From Raillietiella orientalis (Eukaryota), in assembly GCA_036172245.1 (NCBI GenBank), contig JAYWIR010000011.1:4464001-4528000 (forward strand): a stretch of 64,000 nucleotides of DNA. The letters are read 5' to 3'. Each line of letters opens with the position of its first letter. Position 1 is the stretch's first letter. The position numbers were made by a program, and so were the translations under genes. The notes under the pieces are model-generated. The model did not search any database and had not been told where the DNA came from. It saw nothing but the letters and a program-made list of their open reading frames with translations. Positions 26,758-40,236 of the stretch are shown here, piece by piece.

Positions 26758-29700
26758 GTATCGTAACTCCTTGATGATTTCAAGCGATCTTTTACTTGCT
26801 GTTCATTGCAGAAGCGGTAACTTAATGTAATCCAATTGTTGCTACTTTATTTGTTTATTTGGACGTTTCTCCTTAGAGAAATTTCAGCAAAAAACATCTG
26901 AAACTGAGGATTTGCGACTTCCGTCCGCGATCGGTTCACGAAAAGCTCCCACCCATGCAATGCGTGTTTTTGAAAAATAGGAAGCAGTCGTGCATACATT
27001 CAAAATCAGGAATGTATTCGAAAAGTATTTGGCAACTCAGCTGTAGTAGTTTTTCTTGGAAAAAAAAAAAGGCACACATACGTAATAATTTTCCGCTCCA
27101 ATTTCTGATGAAGTACCCGATGGGTCGGTCGAAAGCATAAACTTACAAAGATTTGTATTCAATCATTTGATTCATCGTGGATTGTCGATTGCATTTCTTG
27201 GAACACTTGAGTTTTCGTTCACTTTTCGTAGATGAGCTTATGTAAAAAATTGATTTGATTCGAATTGAGCGTAGCTTAGAACGAAAGCTGCTAGCAAAAA
27301 CAAAAATCGGCATAATTATGCGCAGAAAGCAAAAGCACGAATTTTCATCCTTGAAAAGCACGATCCCTGACAATCCGATAGTAATTTTATTGGAATTCCC
27401 TGGATACACCTAATGAGAGCAAATTATTCAATAAAACTAAATAAATGGATTTTTGAAAAACCGAGGAAAACGTAACCAAAGAATGCATACTCCTTGGGCG
27501 ACAGAATTGCTTAGGCGTACAACTTCGTGTGAATGGAAATTGCATGTAATCCTCTGGGTAAAAAATATCTGTACTCTATGAGTTTCTTGAAATGCAAATC
27601 ACAAGTTCATCAACTTTAGCTGTTTTCCATTTTAGCACTCGGACGTTGAGCGAGGAAAAAACTGATTGATCAAAGGAGTAAGCAGCTTATAACGTAAAGC
27701 AAGCGTAAGCTCTAAAGCTGCCAAGTAAATTGCATTTGCTGAAACCATTCAAAACTGAACTCGTATTTGAAACTTATAGAACGATAATCCAGAATACAAA
27801 AAAATAATTAGAATAATTGAATAATCAACTTGAAAATTCATTTTTTTTTCCAAAAAACAAAAAACAGAAAAACGCTTGCAGGTATGCTAACGATTAATCC
27901 AGTTGGGAGTCATCAACTACATGCTTGCTTTTTCCTATTTTTGTTTTCGCCATATAAGAAAGAACATTTCTATGTGGATTTAAGCTTCTAAATTTTGACA
28001 CCAAGTATTAAAAACGAATTTGCGCTTCTGATGCAATCAGCTGATAGCACAGCTGACAATTTCACGTAGTGGTGGGAATGCTGGATTATTTGTCTGTTCA
28101 TTTTCTGGGTATGAAGTGATGAATACAAAGAAAACCTGTGTAAAAACTGATACCTTTCAGTTGTAAAGTATAGCTAATATAAAATGCTTGTGAAGTTTCA
28201 TCTGTGTGTTGTCCATGTACTTTTGCATGGTTAAACACAGCAATCATGCAAAAGCGTTATTGTAAATGGGACGTTGACAGAATTTCTGGTAGCATATACA
28301 TAGGTTTCCTTAAGAGTTTATGTGATGTTACATACTAATGTATACAACTGTCAAATTAATGGATTGGTAATATGTTAAGTAAGGTTTTGATCCCATATCC
28401 TGGAAATCAAGATATTCATGTGGTTAATGATTTCCATTCACCTCAGCATAGTCACACAAATTGTATATTACAATATTTATTGTTTTTTTGTTGGAATTAT
28501 GCTATCGATTTTCAATGTCAATATCCTATGGGTTTGGAGCTTTCGATATGTTTAGCATGATAAATATCTGTCTACTAGCTACTATGCACATGAATGTTGT
28601 TTTTCAAGGAATCAGACCAATAGCAAGCATAAGATAATTTCAGAGCAATATTGTTTGTGCACAGTGTTGTTCTTCAATAAGTAAACATACATACTGAAAT
28701 GAAGTTCTGTGAGTGTAAAGATAAATGCATTTTATTTGCGCATACAACGAAGGAACACATGTAATCTTTTTATATCGTAACGAATGTCGGTATTTCGAAC
28801 TTTAAATTTCTTGTGATTCCTTACATTTAAATTATATATGCTTTCATCACATTTGGAAATACTACAGGAAAAAAACACGAGTATATCATTACAATCATAA
28901 TTAACAGCATAAATGAAATTTTTTCCATAACTTATTTTTGTATAGTATAACATTAGGGGGTTATAAGATAGATGATAGGGTCTGTTTTGAAGACAGTCGT
29001 CAAGGTCTGTTTGGGTTCAGATGCAAGACAAGTATGTTATTCACATTCATGGTTAATGTTACTGACATGCACTGAATGTCCATTGTTTGAACGTAAGATG
29101 ATGAAGCTACAGCCATGCAGGTTGAATATTTGCAATTTAAAAGTCAATAAGAACTGATATCAAAAACGTTTTGTTAATTCCTTATAATGTGTCCAAATAA
29201 GATGATATTTGATATGAAAATGCTGATTATCAAATAATACTGCTTGGACTACTGATATCGTTCTTAGAGATTTCATGGTTTCTTTAGGTCTCTTTCATAA
29301 TTTTATAGGCATATAATAAAATTCAAATTAATTAGGTATTAAGCAAGTTAATAAATGTGATTCTATTTCGAGTGTTTCACTTGATTGTTTTTAGCACTCA
29401 AATAATAATATTGCTGAAAGTGCAAGGATAAAACATTTTGCAAGTTCCATTTGTTTGTAGGCAGTTGTTTGTAACTTAACTGTATTATTCACTAATGTCA
29501 TGTTTTATTGTTTAATTCGAATCATGTGTGGAATATCATGTAATCAAATGATCTAACAAAATATATCTTTTAGTTTGATAATAGGCTCATGGCTTCAACC
29601 CATAGATCAGTTGTCTTTGCAAGCACATATTAAATAGGAGTTCCATTGTAAAGGAAAGTTGAGTTGCAAGGAGACTTATACTGTTTTTGAACCAAGTAAA

Positions 29701-30747
29701 AAGAAATAGTCTCTAATTGTGATTTGTTTTTTGGATTGTTAGTAAAGATAGATTCAGTTGTATTTTTTCAGAAATTTAGATTCACTTGAAAAAAGATTTT
29801 CTATAATAGAAATATAATCAGTTTATGGTTTGCTAGTTTTCAAACATTTGTCTTGCATTGCTGTTTCTGTTTCCAAATTCTTCATTCAGGTGCTTTGTAC
29901 TCTTGGTTCATTAGTAGATACTTCATGAAGTGAAATGTAATGTACTATAAAATGATATTATGATAATTATTTGGCAAAGGAGGAATGAAAGAGTTTTTAT
30001 TTGAGATCATTCCTGATCTTTACAATTATGACGTAATGTATATGAATAGCATCCAATGAAATATCATAACCTTCATTTGAGGTTTTGTGCACCCATCAAG
30101 AAACGTAAGAAAGCATTTGTGAGTCGAAGATAGGTGTACTATTGATGTGATAATTGGCATTAGGTTCTTAATGCTAGTATTTTGCCAGTGACGCTTGCTT
30201 TTTGTATCTGTTTTGATTCTCTGCTCGAGATTAGGATTTTCTAAACATTCTGCATGCTTCTGCTTCACAGCAACATTTGGTGTGCATCTAGCTACTTCCT
30301 CAAAAAAACAAACTGGAGCTGGCATAGCTCATACAATAATCAAGCAAAAATCAATTTGCTGCATAACAAGAGCATCACAAATGGGACAAGTGTGCAGAGT
30401 TTTCCTTCTTGTTGTATACATGAAGATAAAACGGAATATGTTCTTTATTTCACATTTGTAACTCAAGGCCTACAGTGAAGTGTTTCAAAAATACTCCATG
30501 TGGACCAGTTTTCGTATTCATGTTTTTTAGGTTGACAAAGTATGGTATAATCAATGAATTTGCCTAAATATCTAATTAAAGTTTTTTTTTAATGGGGGAA
30601 ACGATCCTGTTTGGAAGATTACTGTGGAAACACTGTTTCCATTACTGGGAACACACAATTGGGAACACACAATTTTCCAATTCTTTGTTTCCATTCATGT
30701 GAATTTGTTTCTACAGTGTCAGTGCTTCAATTCTCCAGTTTGTTGAT

Positions 30748-31657
30748 ATGACCCAACCAACATGTAGTACATTGCGTGCTCTGGCTTTGGAGTATAAAAG
30801 TTTACAAGAAGAACCAGTTGAAGGCTTCAGAGTAAAGTTGGCAGGTGATGATAATCTACAGTTGTGGGAGGTAGCCATTTTTGGGCCACCAGAGACTTTA
30901 TATGAAGGTGGATATTTTAAAGTAAGTTTTCCAAATCATTTTTGTATGATAACCATTTGTTGTACTACAGGCCCATGTTCGCTTTCCTCATGATTATCCG
31001 TATTCTCCTCCAAGCATAAGGTTTTTAACTAAAGTTTGGCATCCGAACGTTTATGAAGTGAGTATTGATGTGCAAATGTGTGTATTCCATTCTGTTTCTC
31101 AGAATGGTGATCTATGTATATCCATTTTACATCCACCAGTAGATGATCCACAGAGTGGGGAACTGCCTTGTGAAAGATGGAATCCCACACAGAATGTTAG
31201 GTAGATTGATGTTTTTTTTTTTTGAACAATGCATTACATTCTACAGGACCATTTTGTTGAGTGTCATCTCATTACTCAATGAGCCGAATACCTTTAGCCC
31301 AGCCAATGTTGATGCCAGTGTGATGTACCGCCGTTGGAAGGATTCACATGGTACTGACAAAGAGTATGAGAATATTGTGAGGTAGGTTACTTGTCACCTG
31401 AAAAAACATCCTATGGTACTGAGTTTTTTAGGAAACAAGTAAGCATGTCACGTTTGGAGGCAGAGAAAGATGGAGTAAAAGTGCCAACTACTTTGGAGGA
31501 CTATGTAGTAAAAGCAAAAACCCTTCCTCCAGAAGAACCTGTCGATATGACGGACTTCTATGATGATGATTATGACTTGGATGAGGAAGAGGACATTGAC
31601 GAAGAGCAAGAGGGGAATTTCGAAGATGGTGATGATAGTGGAAATGGAGAATCATGA
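30748..31657 (+). CDS. UBE2R2: Ubiquitin-conjugating enzyme E2 R (CDC34/UBE2R), 239 aa, 5 coding exons
   Basis: Exons 30748-30921, 30971-31057, 31103-31200, 31247-31381, 31432-31657; all GT-AG, frame consistent (720 nt). HPNVY, catalytic DLCISILH, acidic loop [16 protein letters not shown] and acidic tail. Confidence 0.97.
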
Positions 31658-31817
31658 TGCTTTGTGAAAATATCTCCTGATTCCCAAAGTCTTGTTTTCC
31701 ATCAGATTTTGTGCAGATGCTACAGTACATCCAATCTGTGGTACACAAGTAGCATGTAATTGGTTCTACTTGCCTTCTAAGCTCCTGAACTGATGTGTTT
31801 CTTGTCTCTGTATGTGC

Positions 31818-31823
31818 AATAAA
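31818..31823 (+). promoter_or_regulatory. Polyadenylation signal of UBE2R
   Basis: AATAAA 160 nt after the stop codon, followed by T-rich sequence. Confidence 0.6.
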
Positions 31824-34800
31824 TGCACTTTTTATGTTTCATTACCTCTTTATCATTGATCCATATAATTTTGTCAACTAACATTTGGACAAATGTGATA
31901 AATGACTTGCATTGATCTCTGCATTTATTCTTTATAAATTTAGACACCTTCAAATATTTGGTAACTTTTAATTTGTTGATTATGTGGAGTATATGAGCAC
32001 TGTGATATATTCGTTAAAACAAGAGGATAAAAAAGCATTTTGCAGTTCTTGACATAATTAATGAATGGAAACCCTTGACTGAAATCAAGTTCAAGTGTTT
32101 TAGCAAGAAAGAAAAAAAAAACTTGGGCCCAAGCTTTCCTCTCCTTTATAAATTACCAGAAAGTAAAATGGATCCTCTATTACAAGTGCTGGGGTTTATA
32201 ACAAGACTGCTCTACTTGAGTATGGAGATTTTATTGAATGTTGTTCATTTCCAGTTCTAATTGTTCAGATGAGGCTAAATGAAATTGTAGTTCTGGTGCA
32301 CAACAGTAGATGTTACATTCTAATTTTCAGCAATGATTACAACAATCAGTACAGTTGCATTATTAAAAATTGTTTGTTTTTAAAGCTTTAAAAACAGACT
32401 TATGACCCTTAATTTGCTCCTAATTTTAATGCATGTTGATTATACTTGGCATAAGATATGAATGAACACAAGTCATCAATACATTTTCCTCTAACATGGT
32501 TATTCATTTGACACTAGGTCAAGAGAATGCTCTTATACTTGGTTCCCGTCAAAAGGTGCTAAAATTTCTTCATTACTAAAACTTATAATTTATTAAAATT
32601 ATGAACGAATTGAATTACATGTATATGCATGTGTTTCTCCTTGTAAAAGCACATTATCTATAATACTGTAACACGAACTTTTGAGGTCTAACTTCAAATA
32701 CATCCTTTTGAATCCATTCTCTTGACTAACCCAACTGTAAATTTAATGGCATCGCAGTACTTTAACTCTCATTCAGAATAAGAATATCTTTAAAATCTCA
32801 AAACATTTATTATATGCATCTGCATAGTCATGCATTATAAATATTTATATTTATAGTTATCTGTTTTCATTTTTTCCCATTATTCATGATATACTCATGG
32901 GTTCACTATCTATATCCCTTGTAGGATTTTAAAGGAGACATTTAAAATACCTTTATCTACTTCCATATTCTTTTTGGAAAAATTGTTTTTTTAATCAATG
33001 TAATAGTAATATCATCTGGATAAAAAACAAGTTAATTCTTCAATACTTTCAAATTAATGCATCCTCTACATCTACAAATAGTCAACACAGTGCTTTGTAT
33101 GCAGATAAGGAACAAGAAACCAATTCACTATGAGATTTAGTTCCACAACTTAGTTACAAAAAGTCCTTTTGAAGTACATATTACAAAATCATCACATTTA
33201 CATGATACAATAAAACAAGAACTTCAGAATTTACAATTTTGGATTATCTAGTGAATATTTTATCATATTTCGAATTCACAATATAAAATTATCTGAAAAA
33301 ACCACTTGCTAGTTCCACTTTTCATTAACCTACAGAAAATGAAAGAAAACAGAAAACCTGTTACATGATGTTTCATGACCTGTGTCAAAAAACTAAAGTT
33401 ATTTAACAGTTCATTTAATTAATGAACTGTTAAATTATTGCACTTAAACTGCAAGTCAATGCTGAGTCCAACACGAAGAGCTTAAAATTGTTCCCGTATG
33501 TTGCATTCCAATTGTGGTTTCTGGAAACTGTTTACTATATTCAGTTCAATTGCTCCATCCTGTTACACATTTGTTTCATATTTTAAATTTAAAAAAAAAC
33601 GTAAAATGTCATCAATAAATGCAGTTTACCATTCAATTATGGGTCCCCTTATATATTAGTGACATGAAGCAAAACCCACTCGATGATTTTCACCTTTCCT
33701 TACAATGCAAAGGTTTCAATTAACCAAAAGGTTTAAATAACCAGAATGATTTCAAATTCACAAGATGGACTGAAAGTACTGAATGCTTATTTGCATGAGA
33801 AGCAACTTATAGAATATTGGAAAAAACTCCAAGAATGACGAGAAACGTGATGTGTACATAAGCTGTTCAAAAAGAAAAACCCTCGATAAAACTATTACTA
33901 AAAACAAAAAAACATACCAAAAAAAAAAAAAATCGGTCAAGTAAAAACCTGTGGGGAAAGCAACTGAACTTTAAACCACTAAAAAAACTAAATAAAAACG
34001 GCAAAAGTCATATTAGTAATAAACTGAATGATTATCTTCTAAGTGCTTAGAAAGAAAGAACTGCAGCACATGCTACATAGAAGCGTTTAAGGTGGTAACC
34101 AATAATGAATCCAAGGCAGTGAAAATGTCAATAATAATTTATTTCTTTCATACCGGGCGAAACTGAGAATGGGGAACACACACAAAAAAAAAATGACACT
34201 AATAATCTACACCCGCTGCACCCGAATACAGGTCTTAATCAAAACACTCAGATTGCCAGAAATCATTTTGAGATCCAATCAAAAGTCACTGTACAGAATG
34301 CTTATAGCAATGTCTCCGATTATCAAAAGTCTAAGTTTATTGAAGTTTTCCGTGCAATAAACATACGTCTTTAAGGAAAATCAAGTCAAGCATTTTAGTA
34401 ACTTTAGTTAACAATCAGCTTTGACAATATTTTCCCAAGATCAGTGCAGACAAACAAAAGGCTGCTACAATCTACTATGGAATCAAAATTCCTCGTGTCA
34501 TCACACATCAGCAAAGTAAAAGCCATAAATCGCAAATTGGTACATATCGCCAAAAATCATTGATGAAAACTTCCATAGAAATATGACGTAGTATGACGAG
34601 GCAAAATTTCGTACACTTCGATACAAAAACATCACAAATGGCATCTACCATACCATTCGTAATGTACTGCAACACAAAAATGGCTTCGGGAATGGACGCT
34701 TATTCTGTGGTCCAAATTCTGACAATGGTAATGCAGTTAAAAATGCTCTTATTTAGGCTTTTTCATTTAATACGTAATCCACCTAGCTACTTATGGAATA

Positions 34801-37023
34801 AAATTAAAGATTTTTTTGAAAAGTGCTTTGAGTCTTTAATGCTTTTAAACACTGCTTTTCTTCATACTGGTGCATAACAGCCTGAAGACTTTTCGAAAAC
34901 ATCTTTGGGTACCTGTCATGTCTGCGTATTACTAGACTAAACCTAATCATGCCTTAATCCACTGGCTGAAGAATAGATAAGTCTGCTGGTAATGATTCGC
35001 AAAATTACATCCATCCTTCAACGGTAATAAGGATGTACACCTGTCAGTCCGAATTTTTCATTTCTGTTCCATTAGACTGTTATTATAAGTTTTCACTTGT
35101 TTCGAAAGTACGTCATTGTATTCATGATTGTTAATATATATATGTATATATATAAACTCATGAAAGCCTTCTCATGGCTGTGAGACATCGAACTGTTTTT
35201 CCTTCTTCTGTAATCAAAAATTCATTCTTTTTGAATGGAGAAATACAGAAAACGATAAGACTGCCAATCGAGTTTTTCCTAACAATTTCAATCTGCAAAC
35301 TTTTCTAATTTTAAAGATGGAGCATCTTACACACCTTCCTCAATCCTGCAGAATATGCCTCTTTCTGATTGTGTGTCGTTTGTGTGACCAAACAGTTTCC
35401 GGACGCTGAAGCATACCTTTCCACGGTTCATTTAATATTCCCGTGAAAGAATTGACGAGCTTCGCTGGTCAATCGAACCATCGTTTTCTGAGCTTTATAC
35501 AAGATTTCACCTTTTTATTTGAACAGAGCATCTTTAAGAATTCTGATGGCCACAAAGACTCACTAAACAAACAAGGATGAACTAAGAAAAATTTTGAACT
35601 AAATTAAGAATGCTCATATAAAAATAATTCAAAGATAGCATAATTTCAGTGGAAAGATTGTCTTTATAACTGGTTTATCCGTATAGGAATAATTGAACTC
35701 ATTCTATGCATGGTAATGTCTGTGATCGTACTAAATCCAGGATGGCTACTATAAGCATCTTGACAATAAGCTTAACAAAGTTCTTTAAGGAAATAGGAGT
35801 TGCTAAAGCATTACTGCATATATGTTTACATAGCTTAGAAGTACTGAGACAGATTAAAATAATATTCAAATCAAATACTGGTAGATTTTAATGCAAAGCA
35901 AGGAATAGTCTGGGAATTGAACTGATTGAGCTGTTTGTGAGTTTCAGATTTATATTCGAAAAATCGAATAGCCGCTAACGTGAGATTCATGCGAATACAG
36001 ATAACACAACTAAATACCAATCCATGTGTTTATAATGTATTGATATTATAATGCATTGAAGATATAAAACAACGACAATTCATTATATTCAAGTTGTTTC
36101 AAAATCTTCCTCAGTCCAGTGGAATGGATATAAAGCTGTTTAAAAGTTTATCCCTTAGATTTGCATACAGGTTTCAAAAAGTATTTAATCTTAATAAAAC
36201 CCGCTGCACTTTTATAAAGAGCCAAAGAAAATTTCTCATCCTCAGCAAGTATTTCGATCCTTCATATCAAAAGATCACTATGTTTAAACGAACAGATAAA
36301 AGTTTTTAAGCAAATTTTAGATTAAGGAAGCGAAAAGATCGTAGGTTTCTACGATCTTTTCTATGATGTCCTGCCCAAATGTGTCTCAAGGATTTCTTGG
36401 TCCCTAAATTTTTCACAAGAATCTGTCTTTCAGGCATTCCTGAGAAGTATAAACATAAGTGCAGTAGCTGAACGGGACATCAAAATATGAATATTTTTTC
36501 ATTTCGTGGTGCTAATCACTTCTTTTGCATCTGAGCATGCCGGGTTTTTACCCAAAAATGTGTTTGCTTAAGCATGGTAGTCCTAATTTTCCAAACACTC
36601 AAACGCAACCCCAATCGCATATTTGATCTTTTCGGAACAGTAAATTATTCCTGGCAACGAATACCGGAGTAGGCTGTACCAGAATAATTACTCTAAAGTG
36701 TGTCAGAATAGACCGATTGAGCGTTCGAAATTTCGTTAGAAGTCAAAATTTTGTGCTCACTCCTATAAAACGAATGCTTTTAGGTTAGAAAAAAAGTGCA
36801 TTTCAGGTTTTCACAGCCAAGTTCTGGGTTGATTTGGTTTTTGAATCTCGAATTACAAAATACAAGACATGCAACAGTTTATTGCATATTTAGAGGTTCA
36901 TTCACGAGGATGCAATGCAGTGCAGTTCGAAAACTTCTAAATTATACTGCTTCGAAACTGAATCAGCAATTATGTAACATCTCGAACTGACCTTATCGAA
37001 ATACTGCGATGTGTTTTGTCAGG

Positions 37024-40000
37024 ATGGGAAAACTCAATAGAGGAATCTTTAATTACGTTTACAGTTGTGATTTGAATTGCAAAATTCAAATAAAAATGTG
37101 AGTATTATGTATTAAATTTGTTTTTTATGTATCATGCTCTGAAGAGGGATGTTGGAAGGTAATTACTGTAGTCCTTCTGTTGAAGAATTGCTAAATGATC
37201 ACGAATTGCAAACTTGTGGAATTGCTCTCAGCCCTCGTCCAGATCTGTATGTGATTTGCCAGCTTTTTGCCAATGGGCAACCTTTATGTCTCCCAATCCA
37301 GACTTCTTATAAAAGTTTTACAACTCGTTGGGAGTGAGTGATTCCTATATGCTAGTAATCACTAATATCTCTTTTTAAAGCTGGAATGAGTGGCTGACTT
37401 TTCCTTTGTGTTATTGTGATTTACCAAGAAATGCCGTACTGTGCTTCACAGTGTATGACTGCTATTCTCCAGGAAAACATGCCAAAGTTGTGGGAGGCAC
37501 AACAGTGCCTATGTTCAAAACAGATGGCAGTTTACATCAGGATTCTCTAGAGCTCTTAGTCTATCCTGGTGTAGTAGCAGATGGAAACGAGCCATCTACC
37601 ACATTAGGAAAAGGGCCACCAGTGGGTGAAGCAGCACGCTTATGCCACCTAGTGCGATCCTATCACTGGGGCTTGATACCTCGCATTGATTGGATGGATC
37701 GTCGTGTATTCCGGGAGATAGAGCTCATCATGGAAGAAGCAAGACGCATCTCTAGCGATTTGTTATTACTGGTGGAATTTCCTCATGCAGAATTGGAAGG
37801 TGTATTGGTATGGAAAACTGACTGCAGTAATTGTGGATTGCTAGATTGTAGCATGCTGTGGTATATGCTGACAGTGACATTAAGGAATCTGTGACACAAG
37901 GCTCTGCTCCACAGATTTGTTACATAGTGGACCCTGAAGTAATGTTGGTAAGAGTAGTATTTGAAAGATGGTTTGAATGTTTGAGACAGAATACAGCTTG
38001 GTATGTTTTGATCAAAATTGAGCATGTGGTGTATCACTGATGACTGCACAGTGTTTGTTACTGAATACTGGGGCATTTATCATGACACTATAGTGAATTA
38101 GGGGAGTGCTAATTGACTGTTATGAATGTAAAGCCTGAATGTCATTCAAGTTGTAGTTGATTGTTCAGCCTTCTTGGGCATCTTAAATTATGCATTTAAA
38201 TATAGAGATGGGATTACGGAAGGAGTGCATACTCCTACAAAAGATGAATCTGTGTGCATTTTGGAAATATCTGCTGCATATTTGGCACTGAAGAGCACAA
38301 AGTAGCTTAACTTAGTGGATATGTTAAATGTCTGTAGTGTTCAATAACTAGCAGAGATTGTTTCAGGAAAATTTGGTAGAGAGTAAGCACCAAAAATTGG
38401 CTCGTAGTCTACGCAGTGGTTTGTCAGATGAAGAGTTACGACCTAATGCCAGCATCCGTGATCAATTGCAACAAGTAATCAATTGCCCACCAACTACTCC
38501 ACTTACCAGCGAGGAACAAGATCTCATTTGGAAATACAGATTTTATTTGAGCTCTAACAGAAAAGTGAGTGCCTGCAGTGGATCTGTTATGTCTAGTATT
38601 TTCTAGGCATTGGCAAAATTTCTTTCTTCTGTGCCATGGCAGCAGCCTGGGGAATCTCACCAGGCTCAAGAACTCATGGAAAGATGGGCAACACTATCTC
38701 CTGAGGATGCCTTGGAGCTTCTAGGACCTCACTTTGTCCAACCTTGTATTAGACAGTATGCTGTGCAACGCCTTGCAGAAGCACCTGATGATGTGAGTTA
38801 CTACTTTGAATTAGCTTACTACTAATGCTCTAGGATCTCATCCTATATTTGCTGCAGCTGGTGCAAGCATTGTATTTTCAGTCAAGCACAGAAGATAATT
38901 CTAAGGATGAATTGGCAGCATTCCTCATTCAAAGGGCTTGTGCCAACTTAGAACTGGCCAACTACTTACGATGGTATCTCTTGGTAGAGAGTGAGGCTCC
39001 TGGTTGTGAAGTGCACAGAAAAGTAGTGTGCGAACTGGATCAAGCATTATGTAATGTTGGCAAAGAGGGTTGTGAGATTCAAGACCAATTATGGCGTCAA
39101 CAAGAGTTCATAGGAAACTTGGTTAATGTTTTGGAACAGGTGACAAAGGAATCAGGTACCCGCTTACGTAAGGTGAGTAGCAGTTGAATTTACATAAGGC
39201 ATTTTGCGGTGTGACAGGTAGAAAGACTGCAGCAGCTTTTGGCAGAAGGAGTGAATGGAGATCATCAGTATTTTACACATTGTACACCTTTGCCATGGCC
39301 TCTGGATCCATCTATTCACATAACAGGACTCTTACCTGAAGCATCCACATTGTTTAAATCCTCCCTTATGCCTGCTCGTTTGACATTTTGCACAGCTGAA
39401 GGATCTACATATGTAGCTATTCTAAAAGTGGGTGATGATCTACGTCAAGATCAGTTGATGATGCAACTGATTGCATTAGCTGATCGCCTATTGCGACAAG
39501 AAGGTCTAGATTTGCAGCTGACTCCATATCGTGTATTGGCTACATCTGTCCGGCATGGTCTAGTGCAGTACCATGAGGCAGCCACATTGGCTGAACTGTT
39601 GGCTACTGATGGATCAATTCGGGCATATCTCAAACGTCATGCTGGTCCACTGTCAGCTGCATTACAGCGCTATACACGTTCATGTGCTGGCTACACAGTA
39701 CTTACATATTTATTTGGTGTTGGTGATCGTCACCATGACAACCTACTGCTCACTCCTGATGGCCGGCTGTTCCATATTGATTTTGGATATATCCTAGGGA
39801 GAGATCCCAAACCTATGCCACCAGCAGTAAAACTGAGCAGAGAAATGTTGGATGCCTTAGGTGGACCTGATTCGGAGTTGCATGCATTATTCCGTGAACT
39901 CTGTTATACAGCATTTTTATGCCTCCGACGTCATACTAATTTGCTTCTTAACTTATTTGCCCTAATGAGATGTTCAGCCATCCCAGATATTGCTCTTGAG

Positions 40001-40162
40001 CCTGATCAAGCAGTGAATAAGGTATTGGACAAATTGCAGCCTGACCTGAGTGATGAGGAAGCAGTGTCCCGCCTACGAGCTGTATTGGATGAATGTGGAG
40101 CAGCCCTAGTTCCTGCTGTGATGGAACATTTCCATCGTATTGCTCAATACATGCGAAGATGA
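37024..40162 (+). CDS. PIK3C3: Class III PI3-kinase Vps34, 817 aa, 8 exons
   Basis: Exons 37024-37097, 37145-37333, 37381-37807, 37852-37947, 38367-38564, 38607-38792, 38834-39172, 39218-40162 (2454 nt). N-terminal YVYSCDL, C2 'WNEWL...DLPRNA', [40 protein letters not shown]. Confidence 0.97.
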
Positions 40163-40236
40163 AAGATTGAAGAAATTTTTCATGTTTACCATCATAAATG
40201 AAAAACCCTTGGCATGTTGTAATCACTGTATTTTTC

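Noticed and set aside
27100..27145. Hammerhead-like CTGATGA...GAAA
   Set aside because: Stem II is bulged, stems I and III cannot be formed convincingly, and there is no Penelope context.
29098..29157. C/D-box-like ATGATGA...CTGA in the putative UBE2R 5' intron
   Set aside because: Short, with no recognisable guide or terminal stem; such motifs are common in AT-rich DNA.
30646..30674. 14-bp tandem duplication TGGGAACACACAAT
   Set aside because: Ordinary slippage duplication with only two units.
33300..33360. Strong minus-strand acceptor (TTTTCTTTCATTTTCTGTAG) suggesting a gene between UBE2R and Vps34
   Set aside because: I could not assemble upstream coding exons; at most an unverified non-coding transcript.
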